Assembly: GCA_963668025.2 (NCBI GenBank)
Contig: CAXXTH010000014.1
Coordinates: forward strand, 32,001-96,000
Source: Candidatus Hydrogenedentota bacterium
GTDB taxonomy: Bacteria > Hydrogenedentota > Hydrogenedentia > Hydrogenedentales > SLHB01
Direction of reading: 5' to 3'
Length of the DNA stretch: 64,000 nucleotides
A program made the position numbers and the translations under genes. Shown here in pieces: positions 47,718 through 57,580 of the stretch. Positions within the stretch are counted from its first letter, which is position 1, and every line of letters starts with the position of its first letter. A model generated the notes under the pieces. It ran no database searches and was not told where the DNA came from. It saw only the letters and a program-made list of their open reading frames with translations.

Positions 47718-50072
47718 TTATTTCCGCTTCCGGAATGCGGCCGCTGCACATGCCAGGCACAACACCGACAGGCCCACAACACTTGCGGCGGGAAGGCTGC
47801 CTGCCGCCACCACATGCACATATGCGGGTGCGGTTTGCTTCTCAAGCCCGCTATCGTCTTTGACCGTACATACATACGACCCTGTATCCGATAACGACAA
47901 CGATTCCACCACATACGTGGCCTCTGTCGCCCCAGGTAGTATCTCGCCGTCTTTGCTCCACTGGTATGCAGGCGCGCCGATAGCCCCTTCTACGGCTACA
48001 ATCAGTTCCAGCCGCTGCCCTTCCTCTTTCCAGCCACCCAGCGGCTCTTGTGAAAAGCGGAATGCGCTCACTTCCTCATACACCGGCAAATAATCCGACG
48101 CCACGATATCGAAAACATCATATGCAACCGTCTGGCCATCGCCGACTATGCCAAGCCCCGTTCCCGCTTGATTATTGGCGCTATCCATAAAATAGCCGAA
48201 TTCCTGCCCATCCAGGTATATCGACACCTTTTCGCCAGAATAACCTAGCGTCACCGTATGCACCAGGTTGCGCGTCCAGCTCGATGGATAGCCGCCAGTT
48301 TCCGTGACCTCGATGTCATTACTAAATGAAGCATGCCCCGCACCCATATGCTCCGCGCCTTGATCCATCCAGAAGGCTTTATTCCCGCTTCCCATACCAT
48401 CGCCTGGCGGCAAATAGCGCCCCACAAGGCCCCACCAAGAACGCACGGTCGTCGTATGCGGAACGGTCATGGTCACAAAATAATCCGCCGGAAGATCTCC
48501 TCCCGCCGCATTATAATAGATGCGGTAATCGCCACTATCGGTGCGCCGCAGCACATTATTGATGATCTCGGCTGTCGCATCGTTCACACTTGCCCACCCA
48601 TTTCCAGGCTCGCCATCCGCGCGATGAAAATGGTCTTCCCAATACACTGCGCCTGAAGCTCTGGTGGTGAACGTGTAATCCGAAGAAACAGAAGTATTCC
48701 CCAGCGAGTCTTGGGAGGACACCCGGAAATGGTAGCCCGTGTTCGCGGCCAGCCCTTCCAGGGGAATGAAATGCTGGCGAGTCATGCCATCAGGCGACAA
48801 CATGCTTCCATAAGCATCCGTGATTCCATACTCGACTACGGAAGTGCTAGATTCATTCGTAATCCAAGCAATTGAAGCGCTTGTAAGCGAGGGAGATACA
48901 GAGACAGCGAATATAACCGGAGGGTTCGGATCATCATCGCCTCCATCAAAAGTCACCGTCCAGCCCCTTCCAATGAGATTGTTGGCATGCGTGCGGCCTG
49001 CGCTGGATGGAGCCGTATTGTTGGATACATTCACCGTGCCGCCGCTCGTATTGAACGAATCCAATTCTTCCAGAATGCCATCTATCGCACTTTGATCGAG
49101 CCGGTTATCATTCACATACAGCCGCATCAATCCAGGGCAATCCGTCAGATTGATGCTTGCCAGTTCATTATAACTCAAGTTGATTTCCCCATTGTGGCCC
49201 GCTGGGAAAGTCCCCGTAAAGTCCGCGGATTCATAATGATTGCCAGAAGCCTGCACCGATGCCAAATGAGTTGAAGTCGGATGCAGCTCTCCTGTTTGAT
49301 TATCGTTCCACACAAACAATTCCACCAGCAATGGAAACTGGCTCATATCGGGAAGATTGCTCGTCATCTGCGGATTATCGCGGACGCAGATATGCCAGAC
49401 ATTCGCCCCGGTGCTACCCCAATTGATGGATGTGTAGGCGTTGACCGCCCCACGCAGATCCGCCAAAGAAGGGCTCTCCGAGAGATCCAGCTCCGCCAGA
49501 TTATTGTCCTCAAAACATGCCCTCGATAGCAGGGGCGTATTATGCAAATCGACGGAGGCCAGCGATTGGCATAAATAACACTCGATATCCGTCAAGCTTA
49601 CGAAATTGCTGAAGTCCAGCGAAGTGATCGGATTATTATTCGATGCCCATAATTGCAGATACGGCGCTACATGCTCCAATCCGTATACGGCAGTGACATT
49701 CTGCTGCTCGAGAAACGGGATCTCCCAAGACCCGCCATCCCCGGCGTCATATCCGATATTGATCCCCGTGAGCGCGCTCCATGGGGTCACTCGCAAGGCA
49801 TTTTCCCGCAATTCACTCGTCCCGAAATCCTTGCTGGGCGTAGCCGAATCGGATGTCGTTCCATCTCCGAATGTCCATTCAATGGCCGCGCCATCGCTAA
49901 CCGTAAGAATGGCGGCAAAAGACGCCCCTGTCGTTTGAAAAGTAATAGCGTCGGCTGGGGGATCAGCGAATGCATTTGCTCCACTAACAAGCGAAAGCAG
50001 CACACACGATGCGCATATCAAAAAACGGCCGCCAAACGCTTGAGCGTTCACCTGGCGAAATTCGTTATCCAT
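47718..50072 (-). CDS. Secreted surface protein: LRR-like repeats, FN3-like, Ig-like, C-terminal anchor
   Basis: Signal ...GANAFA; NNNPITSLD/NNLAELDLS repeats; WITNESSTSVVEYG...YHFRVSS; YQWSKDG...DTGSYVC; LPAA-TM-RKRK tail. Confidence 0.8.
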   Translation of the reverse strand: MDNEFRQVNAQAFGGRFLICASCVLLSLVSGANAFADPPADAITFQTTGASFAAILTVSDGAAIEWTFGDGTTSDSATPSKDFGTSELRENALRVTPWSALTGINIGYDAGDGGSWEIPFLEQQNVTAVYGLEHVAPYLQLWASNNNPITSLDFSNFVSLTDIECYLCQSLASVDLHNTPLLSRACFEDNNLAELDLSESPSLADLRGAVNAYTSINWGSTGANVWHICVRDNPQMTSNLPDMSQFPLLVELFVWNDNQTGELHPTSTHLASVQASGNHYESADFTGTFPAGHNGEINLSYNELASINLTDCPGLMRLYVNDNRLDQSAIDGILEELDSFNTSGGTVNVSNNTAPSSAGRTHANNLIGRGWTVTFDGGDDDPNPPVIFAVSVSPSLTSASIAWITNESSTSVVEYGITDAYGSMLSPDGMTRQHFIPLEGLAANTGYHFRVSSQDSLGNTSVSSDYTFTTRASGAVYWEDHFHRADGEPGNGWASVNDATAEIINNVLRRTDSGDYRIYYNAAGGDLPADYFVTMTVPHTTTVRSWWGLVGRYLPPGDGMGSGNKAFWMDQGAEHMGAGHASFSNDIEVTETGGYPSSWTRNLVHTVTLGYSGEKVSIYLDGQEFGYFMDSANNQAGTGLGIVGDGQTVAYDVFDIVASDYLPVYEEVSAFRFSQEPLGGWKEEGQRLELIVAVEGAIGAPAYQWSKDGEILPGATEATYVVESLSLSDTGSYVCTVKDDSGLEKQTAPAYVHVVAAGSLPAASVVGLSVLCLACAAAAFRKRK

Positions 50073-50268
50073 GCCTGCTCTCCAAGTTTTCATCACGTCG
50101 GCAACGATTACCCAATGCATAACATAATGATCGGCTACCCGTGATATACGTGTCAAGCCTGGCGCGCCAGGATAATCACATGGAAAACTATCTTGTTTTG
50201 CCTTAAAAACACAAAAGGCGCACAAGGCAAAAAAACACCTCATGCGCCTCATGCGCTATTCGCGGCTG

Positions 50269-51630
50269 CTAGATGGATCGTGCAACGGCCCTTTTCCTGG
50301 CGCTCATTAGCGCTAGGCAAACACCTGCCGCAGCCAATATGCCCGTATCGCCCGGCCCGCCATTGCCGCCCGATATGGAGGAAGCATTACATCCATATGT
50401 CGTATCATCGTCGTCGTCATCATCGCCCGTATCCGCTTTGTCGCGCAGATTGCTGCAAAAATCATACAGGTCGATATTATCATACTCGTCGTAATACCAC
50501 GTGGCGTAGTTCGCATCCAGAACCCAGGAACTGCCCATTTTGGCAAGATACTCTTTTACAAACTCATCCCATTGGGTATCCACGGCGAATTGCAAATTCG
50601 AGGAGCTGTAATCTGAGTTCATGCTTCCGCTCAATGGCAAATAGATGGCCAGGCCGTTGCTGCCTGTTTCATCCGTGCTATGGCGCTCCGTTATCACCGC
50701 ATTGGATATCGCGGTCTGGACATCCGAGGCCGCGTCAACGATGGAATCCGTGTCGCCGTTCCAATCCGCACGCAAGCTTTCCGCCAGCACATCCACGCAT
50801 TCCGCCACGGTGTCCATCTGGCTGAGATCGATGGACGCAAGGGTGTAGAATTCCGAATATGTCGCGGCGAAACGGTTTACCATTATCATGGCAAGCGCCT
50901 TTGGGGTCATGGAAGGGGTGGAAACGAGAGAAGATAAAATAGTGTCGTATGGCCACCCCTCAAGGGCGATGGTTTCTTCGGAAGCCACATAATAATCCGC
51001 CTGGTTCCGGATTTCATACGCCACCTCCGCCATGCTCATTAGGCAGGCATCCATTCCGAGGATATCAATAGGGCCGGTCGAAGGTTCGGACGCCTCCAAT
51101 GCGAGGCGTAGCTCCCGAATCGATAAGGCGTCACTGCTCGTGGTGTCCGTGGCGACGGATTTGGCGTCATTCTCCGGAGCCGTGAGCCATCCGTCTCCAT
51201 GATTCCATATGATCACCGCATAATGCTCCGCCGGATAGGCCGAAACACCCCAATTGATGAAGTCCGACAGCGTATCCGGGTCGCCCATGTTCACTTCACC
51301 GATGCTTTCCCCCCAATCGGTTGTCGGCGAATCCCCCTGCTGGATAAGACCCCGCCGGGCGTCCGTCCAATTGTCTTCCGACGTGGAGTAGCTGGATATG
51401 CGGTCAAACAGCGCTGCGATGTTCACATCCGACGAGGAACCCACATCCGACGCTTCCAGAAAATCGGTGATCGCCGATGCTTCGAGATCATTGTCTCCAT
51501 CCAAATATAGGAGCACGGTCCACGACGCCGTCCCGGCATAAGCGCTGGAAAGGCAGCACAAACTGCATGTGGCGCACATTAGGGCTGATAGCCAGCCGTT
51601 GCTGAATTCCCGGCTTAATTTCATTCTCAT
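50269..51630 (-). CDS. Clostripain-family (C11) cysteine peptidase with a C-terminal anchor
   Basis: WTVLLYLDGDNDLE, NMGDPDTL, WNHGDGW, DACLM, VASEE. Confidence 0.92.
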   Translation of the reverse strand: MRMKLSREFSNGWLSALMCATCSLCCLSSAYAGTASWTVLLYLDGDNDLEASAITDFLEASDVGSSSDVNIAALFDRISSYSTSEDNWTDARRGLIQQGDSPTTDWGESIGEVNMGDPDTLSDFINWGVSAYPAEHYAVIIWNHGDGWLTAPENDAKSVATDTTSSDALSIRELRLALEASEPSTGPIDILGMDACLMSMAEVAYEIRNQADYYVASEETIALEGWPYDTILSSLVSTPSMTPKALAMIMVNRFAATYSEFYTLASIDLSQMDTVAECVDVLAESLRADWNGDTDSIVDAASDVQTAISNAVITERHSTDETGSNGLAIYLPLSGSMNSDYSSSNLQFAVDTQWDEFVKEYLAKMGSSWVLDANYATWYYDEYDNIDLYDFCSNLRDKADTGDDDDDDDTTYGCNASSISGGNGGPGDTGILAAAGVCLALMSARKRAVARSI

Positions 51631-52107
51631 CGTGTAATCCTCCTACACAAGAAGTATACCAGAGAACCTTTATTTGTTACGTTACAATATCGTTATGCAA
51701 GTCCATATCCGCCATGCCTGCAAAGGGATGTGCAAAACGATAAAATGCGAAAAACTGCTTCCCCCGCCGTTATTCGTGAATTGATTTGAACGGCTTTTGG
51801 GGGCCAGAACTGGAAATAACCATGAAAAAACAGGAATACGGTTTGATGATGGGCGGCATGCCGCCCTATTCTGTATCGAGTTATATCTAAATTAAGGAAT
51901 ACAAATAGTATTCTATTGTCAAGGATTTTACAAAATGTCCGCAATGCGCATTTTCAGCACTATGAAAGCAGTGAAGCCCTTATTTGCTCTTCATGAGAAT
52001 ACTGTGCTACGATTAGCAAGTTCGCCCGGAGCAATAGCCGGGTAGGTAAAAGATGGTGCTATACATAAGGCGCATGGGGGGGGGTGAATGAAAAGGTGTG
52101 TGGTTAA

Positions 52108-52554
52108 GTGTCTGGAAATTTAAAAGACAAACTGATTCTTGAACTGCAAGGCATACGTATTACCACGGAGAGCATTCAGACCCCCAAAGGCCGGCATGCA
52201 ATACGCGAGATAACGCATGTCCGTATCGAAGAGCGCGCTAAAACACCTCGTTCCCGCTCCAAATGGCGCATAGTGCGCGATGCGGCGGCATGCATTGCCA
52301 TCATGGCGTTCGGTGTTTGGAGCTATATCAAATGGGAAAACGCATGGGCTTCGCTCCTGCTCATCGCGGCGCCAAGCATCATCATCCTTGATCTCATCAT
52401 GTCGCTTTTCTCATGGTCCTACCGCAGCCGGATATCCGTCCAATATGTGGTGGTGCTCACGAAAAAAGAAGGCGATGTGCCGCTGATCGCCTGCGGCAAG
52501 CAAGAGATGGCGCGCCAATATAAAGACGCCATCGAACTAGCCTTGCAGCGATAG
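52108..52554 (+). CDS. Hypothetical two-TM membrane protein
   Basis: 148-aa ORF: GIRIT... N-terminus, two TM helices, DAIELAL end. Confidence 0.65.
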   Translation: MSGNLKDKLILELQGIRITTESIQTPKGRHAIREITHVRIEERAKTPRSRSKWRIVRDAAACIAIMAFGVWSYIKWENAWASLLLIAAPSIIILDLIMSLFSWSYRSRISVQYVVVLTKKEGDVPLIACGKQEMARQYKDAIELALQR

Positions 52555-52590
52555 AGGCGCATGCGCCACCCCGAGTGTTGCATTCGCCTC
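52554..52590. terminator. Hairpin between convergent genes
   Basis: GAGGCGCATGC...GCATTCGCCTC. Confidence 0.5.
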
Positions 52591-53713
52591 ACCGGCAGGT
52601 TCGTGCGGTCTCCACGACAGCGAGTACGTTTTCAAGCGGAATATCGTAGAACAGATAGTCCGACGCCGCCACCATATGTTTCGAGCCTCGAGTGGCGTCA
52701 ATAACCCGCTTGGTTTCGCGCTGGACATCTTCAACGGTTCCTTGAAGCAATATATCGAGGCCAATATTGCCGCGCGTACACATGCTGGAAGGAAGGAGCT
52801 TGCGCGCCTCGGCCAACGATGCGACATTGCCTACCGGCGGAGGCGAAAGGGTCTCGAAGAGATCAATGCCCATCAGGCCATAATACCCCATGGTGAGAAA
52901 TGGCTCGATGGGCGAGCAAATATGCGAATACACCAGGCCCCCCGCATCATGCACGGCCTTCGTGATCGCCTGTGAATCCGGCACGATATAGGCCTCATAT
53001 AATTCCGGCGACATCATCTCCCGGCCCGGCCCGCCGAGAAATATGAAATCCGCACCCGCGCAAATCACCGCCTGGCACAATTTGATGTTCACTTCGCGAA
53101 TCGCATCGCATAACAGCCGGTAACGGTCTGGGTCCGTCATGGCGAACATGACGACATCCGGCACCGTGGCCAGGCAAAACATCTCGAAGGGCTGTACGGA
53201 CCACTGGATGCTAACAGGCCATTGCGGATGAACCTGCGCCAATACCGGCCCCACCATCTCAGCTATGCGCGGCAACGCCTTATAATGCTGCTCGATGTAC
53301 CAATAAACAATATCAAACGGGTCGTTTTTTTGACAGGCCTCCATATACGAAATCGGATACCGAGTGGGTGTGCCGCTTTGATGAGGATGCTCATGAATGA
53401 GCCAACGAAGCTCACCGTACGGGGTCTCCAGCCAGCTTGTGGAATGCTTCCCGCCATTCTCCAAGCGCGTTTCACTCTTCCATGCCAGCTCTGGCACAAT
53501 ATCGCCCAATCCCGGCAGGCCCAGATTGATGAGCCCATCGCATCCCACCCGGTTATATGCATCCATGGTGTCTTGCACCGTGCCATCGCTGACCCATTCT
53601 TTACCCGCCAGTTTCACATCGAAACCGCCGCCAGCGCCGATTTGCAAGGATACATACACGTTATCTTCGCCATGCCGGATATGATTAATAAACCGCTCGC
53701 GCATCGTCATCAT
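52589..53713 (-). CDS. Uroporphyrinogen decarboxylase/MtaA-CmuA-like family protein
   Basis: TPYGEL, MSPELYEAYIVP, YSHIC, ETLSPPPVG, RGNIG; start uncertain (53704-53809). Confidence 0.8.
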   Translation of the reverse strand: MMTMRERFINHIRHGEDNVYVSLQIGAGGGFDVKLAGKEWVSDGTVQDTMDAYNRVGCDGLINLGLPGLGDIVPELAWKSETRLENGGKHSTSWLETPYGELRWLIHEHPHQSGTPTRYPISYMEACQKNDPFDIVYWYIEQHYKALPRIAEMVGPVLAQVHPQWPVSIQWSVQPFEMFCLATVPDVVMFAMTDPDRYRLLCDAIREVNIKLCQAVICAGADFIFLGGPGREMMSPELYEAYIVPDSQAITKAVHDAGGLVYSHICSPIEPFLTMGYYGLMGIDLFETLSPPPVGNVASLAEARKLLPSSMCTRGNIGLDILLQGTVEDVQRETKRVIDATRGSKHMVAASDYLFYDIPLENVLAVVETARTCR

Positions 53714-53991
53714 GATGCCCTTTCCCATAGTTTCCATATCATGGAGCTTCCAAAGAAATACGCTATGCTTGTTCCCACTGCATTCATGGCTACGGCCAGC
53801 ACTCCACATTCATCGAAAAGACTAGAAATAGAATGAATGGAGAATGCGGCTGCCCGCCAATGATTTCATGCCTCCTTTCTTAAGTTTTGCAGTTGTCTCC
53901 GATCTTTGGATGGCCAGCTCCAGTAAAGAAACCACAAAAACGGGCATACCATATATTTCTCCGTATGCGCCATTCAAGTATTTCTAAAATA

Positions 53992-55813
53992 GAGGCATTT
54001 GCGAAATAAAGAAAATCCGTATTGACAAGGGTTTACAAAGCGGCGGAATTGGCGCCTACCCCGGAGAATGCGGGGAAAGGGGCTTGGCGGGGGCATGAAT
54101 AAGGATTTTTTGTGAAAAATCACCCCAAATGCCCTCGGCGAGCGGGAAAAGGCGTAACGTCTCCCGTGTGTGATTGTAGTATAGTTGACCACATAACCAC
54201 GCACACACCAAGGAGACGTTTGCGATGGCCATTATACACCAAATGGGGTTGTTCTCGTGGAACCAGGTCGACGCGGCGTCGGATCTGGATCGGCTGAACC
54301 TGTTGCTGGCGGCGCTGCCGGATGAAGATTTGATGCGGGCGATGGAAGCCGAACGCAAGGGGCGGCGCGACGATTATCCTATCCGCGCGATGTGGAACAG
54401 CATACTGGCGGGGATCGTCTTCCAGCACGACGGCGTCGAAAGCCTGCGCCGCGAACTAGCCCGAAACGGGCAATTGCGCCAGTTGTGCGGATTCGACGTG
54501 TTGCGGGGCGCCAAGGCGGTCCCGCCCGAATGGGTGTACACGCGGTTCTTCGCCAGATTACTGCGCCACTGGAAAGAAGTGGACCGGATGTTCGACGCGC
54601 TCATCGTCCGGCTGATGGAACGCTTGCCGGATCTCGGGGTGCGTCTGGCCGTAGACTCGAAAGCCATCCAAACCCACGCCAAGCCTCCGCGCAAAGACGC
54701 GGTCCTGGAAAACGAAGAGCCGGACGGGCGGCGCGACCGCGACGCAGACTGGGGCACGAAAACCTACAAGGGCGTTCACAAGGACGGCACGCCCTGGGAG
54801 AAGGTCAAACGGTGGTTCGGCTACAAGCTGCACCTCATCGTGGACACGAAATACGAATTGCCGCTGGGCTACGCGGTCACGAAAGCCAGCGCCAACGACT
54901 CGCCCTTTCTGCTGCCCCTCGTGGCGGCTCTCGACGCGCGCCACCCCGAACTCGTCCAACGCGCCGAGTACCTCAGCGCCGACAAGGGCTATGATTCCGA
55001 AGCCAACAACAAGGGCCTCTTCGAGGAACATGAAATCCGGCCCATCGTGGACATCCGGGCGACCTGGAAAGAAGAACCGGAACGGCCCCGCCCTTTATAT
55101 CCCGAACGGGTAGACACGATCTTCCATACCGAACGAGGTGAAGTCCTCTGCCGGTGTCGTAACGGCGCCCCAAACGAACGCGACAACTATGATTCCATGG
55201 CCTACCAAGGATTCGAGCAAGATCGGGGAACCTTGAAATACCGTTGCCCAGCCAAGGCACGCGGGAGCGCCTGTACCCAGCAAGACCTCTGCAACCAAGG
55301 ATGCCAGCCCGAACACGGACGGATTGTCCGCGTGCCCATCGCTATCGACCGGCGCATCTTTACCCCCCTGCCCCGCAGCGCCAAATCCTGGCGCCGCGAA
55401 TACAAACACCGCACCGCCATCGAGCGAGTCAACAGCCGACTCGACGGCGCATACGGATTCGAGCGCCACTACATCCGCGGTATGAAAAAGATGCGCGCCC
55501 GCACCGGATTAGCCCTCCTCGTCATGCTCGGCATGGCCCTGGGATGGCTCGAAGCCGGCCAGGCAGAACGCATGCGCTCGCTCCTCGGACAGCCCCGCGC
55601 CGCATAGATCACATCGAATCCGCACAAGCAATGATGGCCCGAATCAAGGGCAAACCATGCCCATTCGGGCCGCAAGGGTCCTACACGCGAACCTCCTGCA
55701 TGATTTATTGCACCCGTAGCGGAGGCGTAATCCCATTGCCACAGGCGAAAACCGCTCCGCGTGTGCCCGCACCGTCCGCGCGTTCGCAAACCACGCTATT
55801 TCGCAAATGCCTC
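53992..55813 (+). mobile_element. IS5/IS1182-like insertion sequence, copy 2 (intact, 1822 bp)
   Basis: 17-bp TIR GAGGCATTTGCGAAATA; 5-bp TSD AAATA (53987-53991, 55814-55818). Confidence 0.96.
54225..55607 (+). CDS. DDE transposase (460 aa)
   Basis: AVDS, WFGYKLHLIVD, ADKGYDS, YKHRTAIERVNSRL. Confidence 0.95.
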   Translation: MAIIHQMGLFSWNQVDAASDLDRLNLLLAALPDEDLMRAMEAERKGRRDDYPIRAMWNSILAGIVFQHDGVESLRRELARNGQLRQLCGFDVLRGAKAVPPEWVYTRFFARLLRHWKEVDRMFDALIVRLMERLPDLGVRLAVDSKAIQTHAKPPRKDAVLENEEPDGRRDRDADWGTKTYKGVHKDGTPWEKVKRWFGYKLHLIVDTKYELPLGYAVTKASANDSPFLLPLVAALDARHPELVQRAEYLSADKGYDSEANNKGLFEEHEIRPIVDIRATWKEEPERPRPLYPERVDTIFHTERGEVLCRCRNGAPNERDNYDSMAYQGFEQDRGTLKYRCPAKARGSACTQQDLCNQGCQPEHGRIVRVPIAIDRRIFTPLPRSAKSWRREYKHRTAIERVNSRLDGAYGFERHYIRGMKKMRARTGLALLVMLGMALGWLEAGQAERMRSLLGQPRAA

Positions 55814-55851
55814 AAATATAAAACGCCTGATCTCATTTGCACCAAATGCCC

Positions 55852-55900
55852 TTGACAAACAGGCTTTTCCCATGATTTAATGTCTGAAAATGAATTCAGA
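55852..55900 (+). promoter_or_regulatory. lexA promoter and candidate operator palindrome
   Basis: TTGACA (55852)-18 bp-TTTAAT with an extended TG; TCTGAA-N6-TTCAGA at 55883-55900. Confidence 0.55.
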
Positions 55901-55938
55901 TCTCATGCCGACGCATTACCTGATTCAGGAGGGGAACA

Positions 55939-56556
55939 ATGGCCAAGGGGCTGACGCAACGCCAAGCGGATATCCTAGATTATATTATCGAATGCATTCG
56001 CGCCGATGGTATGCCGCCCACCATTGCGGAGATCGGCTCTACATTCCGCATATCTTCCACCAATGGCGTGAATGACCACTTAGTGGCCTTGGAAAAAAAG
56101 GGCTATATCACCCGTTCCTCCAAAGCCCGTTCCATTCATGTGACCGAACAGGCCTCGGCGGGATTATATGAGACCCAAGTCGCCATGGCCCCCTTGGTCG
56201 GCCGTATCGCGGCGGGGACGCCCGTATTGGCGCACGAGAATATCGATGGACAAGTCCCCATTGGCGCGCGCATTGCCGCTCCCGGCGTGTTTGCACTCAC
56301 CGTACGCGGTGAAAGCATGATTGAAGATGCGATTCTGGATGGCGATACGATTATCGTGGATCCCAATATCGCGCCTAATCTGGGAGATATCGTAGTTGCG
56401 CTGGTGGAAGATGAAGCCACGGTCAAACGGTACTACCGCCACGGCAACATGATCGAGTTGCGGCCCGCCAACGCATCCATGCAGCCCATTCTCGTCCCCG
56501 CCCGTTCCGTCCGCATTCAAGGAATTGTCGTGGCGCTACAACGCTCGATGCGATGA
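55939..56556 (+). CDS. lexA: SOS repressor LexA
   Basis: LTQRQ, PPTIAEI, LEKKGYI, GRIAAG cleavage site, GESM, ATVKR. Confidence 0.96.
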   Translation: MAKGLTQRQADILDYIIECIRADGMPPTIAEIGSTFRISSTNGVNDHLVALEKKGYITRSSKARSIHVTEQASAGLYETQVAMAPLVGRIAAGTPVLAHENIDGQVPIGARIAAPGVFALTVRGESMIEDAILDGDTIIVDPNIAPNLGDIVVALVEDEATVKRYYRHGNMIELRPANASMQPILVPARSVRIQGIVVALQRSMR

Positions 56557-56563
56557 CAGGACA

Positions 56564-57373
56564 TTACACATTTAGTACGCGCAACACGTTCTGATACTGG
56601 ACCGCGCTGTTTCCCAGCGCCGCGATGCCTGTTCGCTGCATCAGGTCATCCCGGGTTTGCTCCATGACGCCTCGGGCGATATCAAGATCACGAATCTGAG
56701 AAACCGCCTCCGCTATATTCACGCCCGTATTGCGCCTTTCTGATATGGCGCTTTCAATCGTGTTCATTTGCGCGCCCATGCCGGAACGTGCGGAATTGAT
56801 TTGATTAGCGGCCGTATTCAAGGCCGTAAGCGCATTCGCCGCGCCCTCCGGCGTCGTCAGCTCCAGTCCATTCAGCCCCAAAGCATTCACGGTTGTCGTG
56901 GGAAGCGTAATCTGTACGCCGGTATTCGCGCCTAATTCAACCGTCGTCTGCGTTCCGTTAAGCAAGGCAGTATTGTTAAATTGCGTCCCCGTGGCCGTGC
57001 CGTTGATTCCCTCGATGAGCTGCTGGGCCTCCTGATTGAGGGCGGTGCGATTCTCCGCCGTCATCGTGCCGTTGGCCGCTTGCAGCGCCAAATCTTGCAA
57101 GCGCTGGACCGCCCCTCCCTGGGCCGCCAAACCGCCTTCCGCCGTTTCCGCGAGAGTATAACCATTCTGATAAGCGGCTATCTCTGCTTGGTATTGGTTT
57201 AGCAACGCTTGCGCGTTTTCTGAAATGGCCAAACCCGCTGCATCATCCGCAGCCTGGTTTATACGAAGACCCGTCGCTAACTGGGCATTAGAACGCAAGA
57301 GCGCTTCGCTGGTGCGTCCTACTTGCTGCGCCGCGTTCAGCGCCGCATTGTTCGTGTTAATACGCATGCCCAT
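56564..57373 (-). CDS. Minimal flagellin (269 aa)
   Basis: MRINTN, LATGLRINQAADDAAGLAISE, QAANGT, RSGMGAQMN, SQIRDLD. Confidence 0.92.
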   Translation of the reverse strand: MGMRINTNNAALNAAQQVGRTSEALLRSNAQLATGLRINQAADDAAGLAISENAQALLNQYQAEIAAYQNGYTLAETAEGGLAAQGGAVQRLQDLALQAANGTMTAENRTALNQEAQQLIEGINGTATGTQFNNTALLNGTQTTVELGANTGVQITLPTTTVNALGLNGLELTTPEGAANALTALNTAANQINSARSGMGAQMNTIESAISERRNTGVNIAEAVSQIRDLDIARGVMEQTRDDLMQRTGIAALGNSAVQYQNVLRVLNV

Positions 57374-57428
57374 GCCGCACCCTCCACCATGGCGTGCCCT
57401 GTAACAATTTATACTTTAAATCACACTT

Positions 57429-57457
57429 ATTATATTCCTCACTTTGAAAATCCACAA
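57429..57457 (-). promoter_or_regulatory. Sigma70-like promoter of the flagellin gene
   Basis: TTGTGG-17 bp-TATAAT. Confidence 0.55.
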
Positions 57458-57580
57458 GACTTTGTTTCATATAAAGAATGGCATGGCGAATCTCTACCTT
57501 ACGTCTCCGGCTCTTTGATTGCGGTTTTACCGCGCGTTAAGCCGTTGCGCCGCGCTATAATTGTTCCACCGTATTGCGCC

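Noticed and set aside
50073-50252. Upstream extension of the 844-aa ORF
   Set aside because: Translates a dispersed repeat; the RBS and signal peptide favour the ATG at 50072.
6863-53992. Composite transposon bounded by the two IS copies
   Set aside because: Each copy has its own matching TSD, the outer flanks differ, and the cargo is mostly housekeeping genes.
55645-55690. GGGCAAACCAT resembling the start of a c-di-GMP-I riboswitch
   Set aside because: The downstream GACGCAAAGC element and second stem are missing, and it lies inside the IS end.
55834-55850. CATTTGC/CAAATGCC resembling IS TIR fragments next to the insertion site
   Set aside because: Matches of only 7-8 bp with no counterpart at the other insertion site; chance cannot be excluded.
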